Assembly (NCBI GenBank): GCA_050253335.1 | Contig: JBFWJG010000023.1 | Location: forward strand, 1-34,930 | DNA length: 34,930 bases | Reading direction: 5' to 3' | Origin: Deferribacterales bacterium | GTDB lineage: Bacteria > Chrysiogenota > Deferribacteres > Deferribacterales > Geovibrionaceae | Part shown: piece after piece, positions 27,381 through 34,930 of the stretch | Position numbering within the stretch: the first letter of the stretch is position 1 | Layout: each line of letters opens with the position of its first letter | Notes under the pieces: generated by a model | The model's database searches: none | Seen by the model: only the letters and a program-made list of their open reading frames with translations | What the model was told of the DNA's origin: nothing | Made by a program: the position numbers and the translations under genes

Positions 27381-28162
27381 CAGTTACCGCCGAAAATATG
27401 AAACAGGGTCGCAACCCGCATGAAATACTCATGAAGAAGCTTCTCGAAAACAATGAAGAAATAGTTCAGACTCAGGCTCAGTATGGAGAGCCCCACCGCT
27501 ATCTGGAGAGGAAAACCCACTATCATAAGGTTGAGCTGAGGCACAAGCCTGCCCATTATCCCCATTATAACGTGAGTGCAGAGCATCACCACGAATATGG
27601 GAGCCACTATTTTAAGCGCAGTAAGAAAGGATGCGCTGAGCATTTTTGTGATGTAGAGAAAGCCCTCCGCCCTGAAAGTGAAAACCCCCAGAGGTACGGC
27701 ACGGAATGATTCGCTCATTGCCCCTATCACCATAAGGTGTCCGCCCAGACCTATGAAAAAGAGAATCATCGCTATGTTTTTAAGCTGGGCTATGATGGAA
27801 AGCTGCATGTTCATGGAAGGGTCAAAGGAGTTCACCATGCTGAAGCCCATCTGAAAACCCGCAAGTTCGCCCCCTATCTGCACACCCACAAAGAGAAGCT
27901 GAGCCATCATTCCCGTGGCGATACCGAGAAGAATTTCCTTTGCTATGAGCAAAATAAGCAGAAGCGGATGGATATCGGAAAGCCCTATGGACTGCACATT
28001 GGGAAAGATCACAATGGCAAGCACAAAGGAGGCGGCAACTTTTACATTGTCCGGAATAAGCTGGCTGCTGAACATGGGGGCGCTGAAAACTATGCCCGAA
28101 ATGCGGAAGAAAACCATAATAAAAGTCAGCAGCAGATCCGTCTGATAAAGGAACTCAAACAT
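27380..28162 (-). CDS. fliR: Flagellar export protein FliR
   Basis: Multi-TM protein with RISG...APMFS, GFQMGFS...FDP and PQLNLMIVGFP; coupled to flhB. Confidence 0.95.
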   Translation of the reverse strand: MFEFLYQTDLLLTFIMVFFRISGIVFSAPMFSSQLIPDNVKVAASFVLAIVIFPNVQSIGLSDIHPLLLILLIAKEILLGIATGMMAQLLFVGVQIGGELAGFQMGFSMVNSFDPSMNMQLSIIAQLKNIAMILFFIGLGGHLMVIGAMSESFRAVPLGVFTFRAEGFLYITKMLSASFLTALKIVAPIFVVMLCTHVIMGIMGRLVPQLNLMIVGFPLQIAVGLSILSLSLNYFFIVFEKLLHEYFMRVATLFHIFGGN

Positions 28163-28167
28163 ACGGC

Positions 28168-28196
28168 AGTGTAATACTTCCGCCCTTTTTACACAA
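28168..28196 (-). promoter_or_regulatory. Candidate sigma70 promoter immediately before the fliR ATG
   Basis: TTGTGT-N17-TACACT, then 5 nt and ATG; no clear SD. Confidence 0.45.
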
Positions 28197-28217
28197 GGCT
28201 AAAGCTTTTCTGCCGGC

Positions 28218-29021
28218 CTACTCTCCCGAAGCCATGCGGGAGCTGAGTTCTTTTTTCTGATTTACCCTGTGTTCATGAGATGACAGGCGGATGTACCGCT
28301 TTTTCATCCAGTAAACCCCCAGAAGATCGGCCATGCCGACCCACAGGCGGCTGTTTATGCCCGCACCGTATTTGCTGATTCCTTTGTTTCTCGGCCTGTG
28401 CCGAACAGGCATTTCAGCAACTGTGTATCCTGCCATCTGCACCAAAGCGGGAAAAAATCTGTGTGCGTTGCGGAAAAAACGGAACCCCTCCAGACACTCC
28501 CGTCTGAAGCCTCTGCTTGAGCACCCCACATCGCTTATATTATCCCCGAGAAGACGTGAGCGCAGCCTGTTTGCCAGACGGCTGGAGAACCTGCGGACAA
28601 AGTTATCGTTTCTTTCGGCGCGTACCCCGCACATCATGTCCACTCCAAGCTCCGTCATCTTTTCCAGAATAAGGGGGATATCCGCCGGGTCATTCTGTCC
28701 GTCCCCGTCAAGGGTGAAGATATACTTTCCGCGGGCTGCACTGAACCCCGCAAAAAGCGCGGCCGACTGCCCCATGTTTCTGCCGAGATGCACTGCTCTG
28801 AAAAAAGGAATCTCAGCCCACCTGTTTATTTCCTCACCCGTGCCGTCGTCTGAGCCGTCATTAACGAGAACAGCCTCCCAACTCTGCTTCAGTGAAGATT
28901 CAAGCACAGAGCGGAGTTCTCCGCATACGGTGCTGATATTTTCGGCTTCATTATAAAACGGAATTACCACTGATATTACAGGTTCAGTTAATTTTTCCTG
29001 TTTATTACGTATACCTTCCAT
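28218..29021 (-). CDS. Glycosyltransferase family 2 (ArnC/polyprenol-phosphate sugar synthase-like)
   Basis: SVVIPFYNE, VNDGSDDGT, GQSAALFAG, DGDGQNDPADIP and HRFFPAL. Confidence 0.92.
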   Translation of the reverse strand: MEGIRNKQEKLTEPVISVVIPFYNEAENISTVCGELRSVLESSLKQSWEAVLVNDGSDDGTGEEINRWAEIPFFRAVHLGRNMGQSAALFAGFSAARGKYIFTLDGDGQNDPADIPLILEKMTELGVDMMCGVRAERNDNFVRRFSSRLANRLRSRLLGDNISDVGCSSRGFRRECLEGFRFFRNAHRFFPALVQMAGYTVAEMPVRHRPRNKGISKYGAGINSRLWVGMADLLGVYWMKKRYIRLSSHEHRVNQKKELSSRMASGE

Positions 29022-30586
29022 TGTTTACCCGTCTCCGTTGAATATGTTTTCAGCAGTTCGGCCGAAAGAGCTTCCCTTTCCAAAAGTTCCCTGTTCAATT
29101 CTCCGAGTGTTATAAAAACTGCCGACTTTTTTGTTTTGTTATCAATAAACTCGTTCAGAGGACGAACCTTTCTTCCCGCCGCCCAAATCTCTTTTATGCT
29201 GAGACTGCCGTAAAAATCCCCATCATAGGCTGATGCCGCATCTGTCCTTAAACCCTCCAGAACCCTGAAGCCCTTGCCGGAAACAAAAACTTCCGCCGCT
29301 GGGACTGCGACAATAAGGGCGATGCAGAACACGGCAGCCGACAGAGGAATATATTTATCCGCTTCCCGTCTGATAAAACTGCCTGCCAGAAGAATAAGCG
29401 CATAAATTCCTGATGTTTCGGCTATTATGAAAAAAACAGCGCCGTATGGACTGAACCATACCTGAACCGCGGCAGCAGCAGCAAAAACGAAAACCGCAAT
29501 TGAGAATGAGATTCCGCTCCATAACCCGAGAACAATATAATCTGCCGTCTTTTTTTCAAACTTCCCTGTGAGCAGACTCAGGTACTCTCCCGTCATCAGT
29601 GCGCAGGGGATAATAACAGGAAGAAGGTAGCGGTCTTTCTTTTCAGGTATGACCGAAAGAAGAATGAGGGAAACGAATATCCAGATCAGATAAAAAGCTG
29701 CCCTCCGCCTGCCGAGGCGTAAGGAAGAATACCCCGGAACAAGCAGAGGGAGCAAAAACACAGCCCAGAGACCGGACATGAGCGGAAACTGGAAATAGTA
29801 CCAGAAGGGTTTAACATGCCTATCCGCCCACGCTGAAGCCTCTGCGGCGGCAGTGCCGAGAGCGGACTGTGTTTCATGAAAATATATATACAACGGCCAC
29901 AGGAGGGATAGCGCGGCCGCAACAGCCAGAAAAACAGTCAGGCCGTAAAAGCTGACGGGCTTGAGCCTGAAAAGATAAAAGCCCGCGGCAAGAAAAGGCA
30001 CAAGCAGTCCGTAAAAAGCCACGGGGCCTTTGCTCATAAACGAAAGAGCGGCAAAAAGACCCGCAAGGGCGTACATAAGCATCCTTTTTCCCGGGAGGCA
30101 GGCAGACAAAGCGCCCAGATACGCCGCTATGGATGCTGTCATAAAAGCCTGCGCGTAGATATCCCATGTGTTTTTGCGGGTCATGTAGAAAAAAAGGTAG
30201 CTAGTGCTCAGAACCAGAACAGAATAGAAAGCGGACTTTCCTGAACCGGTGATATGAAAGGATATGAAATATGCTCCCGCAAGCATGACAAGCCCTGCGA
30301 GTGCAGACGGAATACGGCTTGCGGAAAGGTTATTGTCAGTTCCCGAAAGCCGGAACGCAAAAGCGGTAATCCATGTGGGCAGAGGCGGTTTGGCGATTCT
30401 CAGTTCCCCGTTGAGCGTGGGGAAAACCCAGTTTCCGTCTTGAACCATCTCCCTTGCGGTAACATAGTTGCGTGCCTCCATAATATCCACCGAAAGCACG
30501 TCGCGGTGAACAAAGGCTCCAGTGTAAACCGCAAGAAGCAGAACAAAAATCAGGCTTTTGGTTAAAGAAAATCCTTCATCTCTCAT
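28988..30586 (-). CDS. ArnT/PMT-like (GT-C) lipid-carrier-dependent glycosyltransferase
   Basis: MEARNYVTAREM, PTLNGELRIAKPPLPTW, SKGPV and PEKKDRYLLP; many TM helices. Confidence 0.88.
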   Translation of the reverse strand: MRDEGFSLTKSLIFVLLLAVYTGAFVHRDVLSVDIMEARNYVTAREMVQDGNWVFPTLNGELRIAKPPLPTWITAFAFRLSGTDNNLSASRIPSALAGLVMLAGAYFISFHITGSGKSAFYSVLVLSTSYLFFYMTRKNTWDIYAQAFMTASIAAYLGALSACLPGKRMLMYALAGLFAALSFMSKGPVAFYGLLVPFLAAGFYLFRLKPVSFYGLTVFLAVAAALSLLWPLYIYFHETQSALGTAAAEASAWADRHVKPFWYYFQFPLMSGLWAVFLLPLLVPGYSSLRLGRRRAAFYLIWIFVSLILLSVIPEKKDRYLLPVIIPCALMTGEYLSLLTGKFEKKTADYIVLGLWSGISFSIAVFVFAAAAAVQVWFSPYGAVFFIIAETSGIYALILLAGSFIRREADKYIPLSAAVFCIALIVAVPAAEVFVSGKGFRVLEGLRTDAASAYDGDFYGSLSIKEIWAAGRKVRPLNEFIDNKTKKSAVFITLGELNRELLEREALSAELLKTYSTETGKQWKVYVINRKN

Positions 30587-30592
30587 GCCCCC

Positions 30593-30624
30593 TTTATACA
30601 GGACTTAAATGAAGATTTGATGAA
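30593..30624 (-). promoter_or_regulatory. Candidate OmpR/PhoB-type tandem box and -10 for the arnT-like gene
   Basis: Minus strand TTCAT-N6-TTCAT (11-bp period), 10 nt, TATAAA, 6 nt, ATG. Confidence 0.55.
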
Positions 30625-30636
30625 CACGGATTTTTT

Positions 30637-32052
30637 TCAGAAAGCAGATAAAACCACAGTCACAGTTACCGATTCCCCCTGCACGCTTTCCACTGTTATC
30701 TCACCCTTATGCAGATCAATAATTCTTTTAACAATGGCAAGCCCCAGCCCCGAACCGCCGTAACGGGAGGAACGTGACTCCTCCACTCTGTAAAACTGCT
30801 CAAACACCCTTCCGACTGATTCGGGCGGGATGCCCGCCCCTGTATTAAAAATTTTTATTTCAGCTTTTTCCCTTGTCCTCGTTCCGGTTATGCGGATCAC
30901 TCCGCCGTCCGGCGTGTATTTTACTGCATTGTCCAATATATTTGAAAATGCCCTGAACAGCTTATCATAATCGCCCCTGACGCTGAGCCCGCCGCTTAAT
31001 TCCGAAAAAATATTTATCCCCCGTCCGGAGGCAAGAAATGAGTAATCCTCTTTCAGCAGTCCCAGCATTTCCCCAAGATCCGCCTTCTCAAGCTTTACAC
31101 CGCTGTCCAGTTCAAGGGAGGAAAGGCTGAGTATGTTTTTCACCAGTCTCTCCATGCGGTGAACCTGCTCGGAAAGCCTTCCGGCATCATCTGCTGATAT
31201 ACTGCCGGATGTATTAAACTCATCCGTTATAAGGCGCATAATGCTCAACGGGGTTTTCAGCTCGTGGGAGGCATCAGCGATTAGCCTCTTCTGCTTGTCA
31301 AAAGCATTCTCAAGGCGGTCAAAAACACCGTTGAGGGTCAGTGCCAGAGCATTGAACTCATCCGATGCCCCTGCCTTCTCCTTCAGGGGTATCCTCAGGT
31401 TCAGCTGCCGTTCGGTAATGTTCCTTGTGCGCGCGTTCATAATCCTTACCGGACGGAGGATATACCCTGCTATAATGTAGCTGACCGCGGTAAGAACTAT
31501 TACCGAAAGAAGGAGTCCCGCCGCCACGCTGAGAACCAGCTCGGTTATCTCATCGCTGACTCTCTCTGCGGACAAAGCTGCGTACACCACATAACTCCGC
31601 TTACCGCCGTTTTCCTGTCCGGAACCCCCCTTATCCTCTTCAAGCAGACCTGATGTCTGTTTTTCTATGACAAACCGGCGGACTCTGAAAGCCGTTTTCC
31701 CACCGCTGTCATGTTCTATATATGAAAGCTCTTCAGGCACATAAGCAAAAACGAGGCTTTTTCTGCTGCTGTTTTCGGGAATATCTATTATTCCGGCTAT
31801 ATGCGAAACATAAAGAGGTTCCTGTTCACCCTGACCGTATATCTTAATCCAGTATCTCCTGCTGTCCTTCATTCCGGAAGCTCCTGAATGATCAAGAACC
31901 GTCACCGATTCAAATGCAACAGTGCGGAGTTCTGCGTCCATAACCCTGAAAGGCTGTTCGAGCATTTCAAAAAGAACAGATACGGAGAAAATAAGCGCTG
32001 AAACAAGCCCTGCGGAGGCAATCAGTATTGAAATCTTGAGTCTGACGCTCAT
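30637..32052 (-). CDS. HAMP-domain sensor histidine kinase
   Basis: Two TM segments, HAMP, ADASHELKTPL, NILDNAVKY and GGSGLGLAIV. Confidence 0.95.
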   Translation of the reverse strand: MSVRLKISILIASAGLVSALIFSVSVLFEMLEQPFRVMDAELRTVAFESVTVLDHSGASGMKDSRRYWIKIYGQGEQEPLYVSHIAGIIDIPENSSRKSLVFAYVPEELSYIEHDSGGKTAFRVRRFVIEKQTSGLLEEDKGGSGQENGGKRSYVVYAALSAERVSDEITELVLSVAAGLLLSVIVLTAVSYIIAGYILRPVRIMNARTRNITERQLNLRIPLKEKAGASDEFNALALTLNGVFDRLENAFDKQKRLIADASHELKTPLSIMRLITDEFNTSGSISADDAGRLSEQVHRMERLVKNILSLSSLELDSGVKLEKADLGEMLGLLKEDYSFLASGRGINIFSELSGGLSVRGDYDKLFRAFSNILDNAVKYTPDGGVIRITGTRTREKAEIKIFNTGAGIPPESVGRVFEQFYRVEESRSSRYGGSGLGLAIVKRIIDLHKGEITVESVQGESVTVTVVLSAF

Positions 32053-32732
32053 TCCTGCCCGTCCTTGATTATATAACCCACGCCCCGTATGGTTTTGACG
32101 ACTGACTCGCCGTCTGAAGCGTTTATCTTTTTCCTGAGATTTTTGATATGAACATCCATGAAATTGGACATGCTGAACGGCTCAAAATCATCCCCCCACA
32201 CATGCTCCGCCAGACTGAAGCGGGTCACCGCGCGGTTTTTATTATACATGAGAAACTCCAGAATAGAGAATTCTCTCTGGGTAAGCTCAACCGGTTTCCC
32301 CTCAACCGTAACCTCTCTCTTCACAGTGTCCAGAGACAGACTGCCCGCACAGAGCAAAGACGAGCTCTGTCCGCCGGAACGCCTGAGAAGCGCCCTGACC
32401 CTTGCCAGAAGTTCGTCCGTGGAAAACGGCTTTGTCAGATAATCATCCGCGCCGGAATCAAGGCCTTTGATTTTATCATCCGTTCCGGTTCTGGCAGTGA
32501 GCATAAGAACCGGAGAACTGATACCCATATTTCTTGTTTCTCTCAGCACTCCGAAACCGTCAAGCTTGGGCAGCATTATATCCAGAATAATAAGGTCATA
32601 AGGAACTTCCGCCGCTCTGTCCAGCGCCTGCTCGCCGTCATAGGCACAGTCCGCCGAATATTTGTGAGCCTCAAGAGTTCTACGCAGCTGTTCATTAAGT
32701 TCGGGTTCATCTTCAACAATCAGTATTCTCAT
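32049..32732 (-). CDS. OmpR-family response regulator
   Basis: ILIVEDE, LDIMLP, GADDYLTKPF and the winged-helix VHIKNLRKK/TIRGVGY. Confidence 0.96.
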   Translation of the reverse strand: MRILIVEDEPELNEQLRRTLEAHKYSADCAYDGEQALDRAAEVPYDLIILDIMLPKLDGFGVLRETRNMGISSPVLMLTARTGTDDKIKGLDSGADDYLTKPFSTDELLARVRALLRRSGGQSSSLLCAGSLSLDTVKREVTVEGKPVELTQREFSILEFLMYNKNRAVTRFSLAEHVWGDDFEPFSMSNFMDVHIKNLRKKINASDGESVVKTIRGVGYIIKDGQE

Positions 32733-32896
32733 TTTTTCACCGTTTAACGAATATAACTGTTTTCAGCCTCTTTTGAAATATGAAGAAGAGTCCGAAACCC
32801 GCACCGGAAGCAAAAAACTCTTTTAATTGCTTTCCTGATATGCGATATTCAGGATTAAACGGTTTTATAAAACAAAAAGAACGGCAGATACAAATA

Positions 32897-33928
32897 ATGA
32901 CAAAAAAAAGGTTAACAAAACAGGACGCCGTGCGGATGCTCGAAACGGCCGACCTGTATGAACTCGCCCGCGAAGCGGACGGAATAAGAAAATTGCTCCA
33001 CCCTGAGGGTGTTGTTACTTTTGTAATAGACAGAAACATAAACTACACAAATATATGCACATGCAAATGCTCTTTTTGTGCCTTTTACCGTGAGGCGGAT
33101 GAAGAGGGCGCTTATGTTCTTGATAAAGAAGAACTCAAAAAGAAGATAGACGAGACAAAAGCCCTCGGAGGCACGCAGATTCTCCTTCAGGGCGGGCTTC
33201 ACCCGACCTTGGGCATTGAGTTTTATGAGGAGATGCTCTCCTACATGAAATCTCTCGGGGTATGGCTGCACGCTTTCAGTCCTCCTGAGGTGCACCACAT
33301 AGCGAAGATAAGCGGGCTTTCCGTGGCAGAGACCATCTCAAGGCTTGTTAAGGCGGGGATGGACTCAATCCCCGGCGGCGGGGCGGAGCTTCTGGTGGAC
33401 TCGGAAAGAGTGCGCATCAGCCCGAACAAAATCCTCTCCGATAAGTGGCTTGGGGTTATGGAAGAGGCGCACAGACAGGGGCTCAAAACCAGTGCCACCA
33501 TGATGTTCAAGGCTGATGACGAATATGAGAAAATAGCGGAGCATTTTGACAGAATCCGCACACTTCAGGATAAAACAGGCGGTTTCACGGCGTTTATCCC
33601 CTGGCCTTTTCAGCCTGACAACACAGAGCTGGGCGGGCAGAAGGTCAGCCCTGTGGAATATTTAAGGATATTTGCCGCAGCGCGCATTTATCTGGACAAC
33701 ATAAAAAACCTTCAGGTCTCATGGGTGACTCAGGGACCCAAGATCGGGCAGACTGCCCTTCGCTTCGGCGGAAACGACTTCGGCAGCCTGATGATAGAAG
33801 AGAATGTCGTCGCCTCCTGCGGAGCATCCTTCCGCATGAGCGTTGAGGAGATTGTTCACAACATCGAACGCGCCGGCTTCAAAGCCGCTCAAAGAGACAT
33901 GGAATATAATATAGTCAGACGCTTTTAA
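32897..33928 (+). CDS. mqnC: Cyclic dehypoxanthine futalosine synthase (radical SAM, futalosine menaquinone pathway)
   Basis: VTFVIDRNINYTNIC, CxxxCxxC, LLQGGLHP, SIPGGGAE, SWVTQGPK and FGGNDFGSLMIEENVV. Start placed at ATG 32897 (MTKKRL). Confidence 0.88.
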   Translation: MTKKRLTKQDAVRMLETADLYELAREADGIRKLLHPEGVVTFVIDRNINYTNICTCKCSFCAFYREADEEGAYVLDKEELKKKIDETKALGGTQILLQGGLHPTLGIEFYEEMLSYMKSLGVWLHAFSPPEVHHIAKISGLSVAETISRLVKAGMDSIPGGGAELLVDSERVRISPNKILSDKWLGVMEEAHRQGLKTSATMMFKADDEYEKIAEHFDRIRTLQDKTGGFTAFIPWPFQPDNTELGGQKVSPVEYLRIFAAARIYLDNIKNLQVSWVTQGPKIGQTALRFGGNDFGSLMIEENVVASCGASFRMSVEEIVHNIERAGFKAAQRDMEYNIVRRF

Positions 33929-34193
33929 TACAGTTCCATGGACGGAACTGCGCCGTGCGGTGCGAGCGTGTGAAGAAAAACAACAGAGACGCTGGTTTTT
34001 CTGAGCTATCAGTCAGGCACAGGGATGTGCCCGCGGAGTGCGTACCGCAACGAACGTGAGGAACGCAAGCGAAGCCTGAGCAGCAAGCGGTCTTACCGCG
34101 AAGGCTGCGTGTGAAGAAAAACAACAGGGATGTTGGTTTTTCTGAACTATAAGTCAGACAAGACATGGAATATAATATAGTCAGACGCTTTTA
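33895..34193. repeat. Exact 33-bp direct repeat (33895-33927 and 34161-34193) duplicating the mqnC 3' end
   Basis: AGACATGGAATATAATATAGTCAGACGCTTTTA occurs twice, flanking a 233-bp insert. Confidence 0.97.
33928..34160 (+). mobile_element. Structured non-autonomous element, locus C (two tandem units: 33931-34012 B-type, 34013-34160 A-type)
   Basis: Homology to loci A and B; both units end in GTGTGAAGAAAAACAACAG..GGTTTTTCTGA; flanked by a long direct repeat. Mobility is inferred. Confidence 0.75.
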
Positions 34194-34284
34194 GCGTGCA
34201 TAATGTTTTAATAAGGTTAATATACTAATAAACACAATAGAATATCCGATAACATAATTATAAATAATTACCAAGGGTTGACAT

Positions 34285-34930
34285 TTGAAGAACGATTTAC
34301 TGGAAGTTCTTTTAGAGATTTCCGAGAAAATGAACAGTATTTTCGATGTGAACGATCTTCTGCCCTCAATTATTTCCATCGCAAGGGAATATCTGGGGGT
34401 GAAGCGGTCCTCCCTTATGCTCATTAACGGAAAAAGGCTGAGCATCTCCGCCCATTCCGGTTTTGAGATAGACCCCGACAATATAGAGATAGCCCTAGGC
34501 GAAGGCATAGCAGGCAGAGTGGCTGAAACCGGCATGGAAACAGTGGTCAACCTCTCGGAGGAATCCCGCGAGGAGATGGGCTACAGAGCTTCTTCCTTTA
34601 TGTCGGTTCCGGTGAAAACCAACAATAAAGTAATAGGCGTGCTGAACCTCACAGACAAGGAGCATGATTACTTCACCGAGGACGATGTGCGCATAGCCCG
34701 CTATATAGCGTCCCAGTGCGCTCTGGGCATTGAGCGGTTCAACCTCATGAAGGATATGCGCAAGAGCGAGAACCTCCGTGTCATAGGGATGCTTAACAGT
34801 TCCATCGCCCACGATATTAAAAATCTTCTCAACATAGTGCAGAGCTATCTTGAACTGATAGACATATCAGAGCTTGACCCCGAAGTGGCGGACTATATCG
34901 AATCCATCCACTCGGAAGTGAAAAGGATAC
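34285..34930 (+). CDS. GAF-domain sensor histidine kinase (5' part, runs off the window)
   Basis: Open frame from TTG 34285 (MKNDLLEVLLEISEKMN...); GAF motifs GEGIAGRVAETG and SFMSVPV...VIGVLNL; HisKA SIAHDIKNLL. Absent from the ORF track because it has no stop in the window. Confidence 0.88.
   Translation, partial: MKNDLLEVLLEISEKMNSIFDVNDLLPSIISIAREYLGVKRSSLMLINGKRLSISAHSGFEIDPDNIEIALGEGIAGRVAETGMETVVNLSEESREEMGYRASSFMSVPVKTNNKVIGVLNLTDKEHDYFTEDDVRIARYIASQCALGIERFNLMKDMRKSENLRVIGMLNSSIAHDIKNLLNIVQSYLELIDISELDPEVADYIESIHSEVKRI

Noticed and set aside
26307..28956. Plus-strand ORFs opposite flhB, fliR and the GT2 gene (e.g. 26307-27194, 28333-28956)
   Set aside because: Antisense to conserved genes; composition is typical of shadow frames.
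32737..33039. Minus-strand 100-aa ORF and the 39-aa N-terminal extension of mqnC from 32780
   Set aside because: Both span the divergent promoter region; MqnC-like sequence begins at about Met 32897.
33995..34020. Hammerhead-like CTGA motifs in the repeat element
   Set aside because: No CUGANGA plus GAAA core with three helices could be built, and the motif is not conserved in loci A or B.
33895..34193. attL/attR of a prophage or integrative element
   Set aside because: The insert is only 233 bp with no integrase, and the related insert uses an unrelated duplicated sequence at fliM.
34191..34812. Minus-strand ORFs 34191-34550 and 34495-34812
   Set aside because: Antisense to the plus-strand GAF histidine kinase frame starting at 34285.

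Overview
Chromosomal window of a flagellated, probably anaerobic Gram-negative bacterium. The gene content and order resemble Deferribacterales/deltaproteobacteria-like genomes (my inference, not verified). Left end: yajC(3')-secD-secF, a zinc-ribbon/TM2 protein, an IclR regulator and an MscS channel. Centre: a ~23 kb minus-strand flagellar/chemotaxis cluster (fliR-flhB-flhA-flhF-flhG-orf-fliA-cheB | fliM-fliY/N | cheY-cheZ-like | cheA(+REC)-secreted orf-OmpA-like-orf | PAS-PP2C phosphatase-STAS-STAS/HEAT-cheR | orf-PilZ-like-orf-FliK-like). Right end: an OmpR/HK + ArnT-like + GT2 envelope-modification module, mqnC and a truncated GAF histidine kinase. The main unexplained signal is a family of short non-coding hairpin-rich elements at three intergenic loci (~7962-8186, 19724-19870, 33928-34160). 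They show compensatory base changes and GGA-type loops. At two loci the element sits between long exact direct repeats (44 bp and 33 bp) that copy the start of fliM and the end of mqnC, and at all three loci the second repeat copy is preceded by GACA. The fliM duplication creates a 56-aa upstream ORF starting with the exact FliM CheY-binding peptide. No transposase or reverse transcriptase is encoded in the window.
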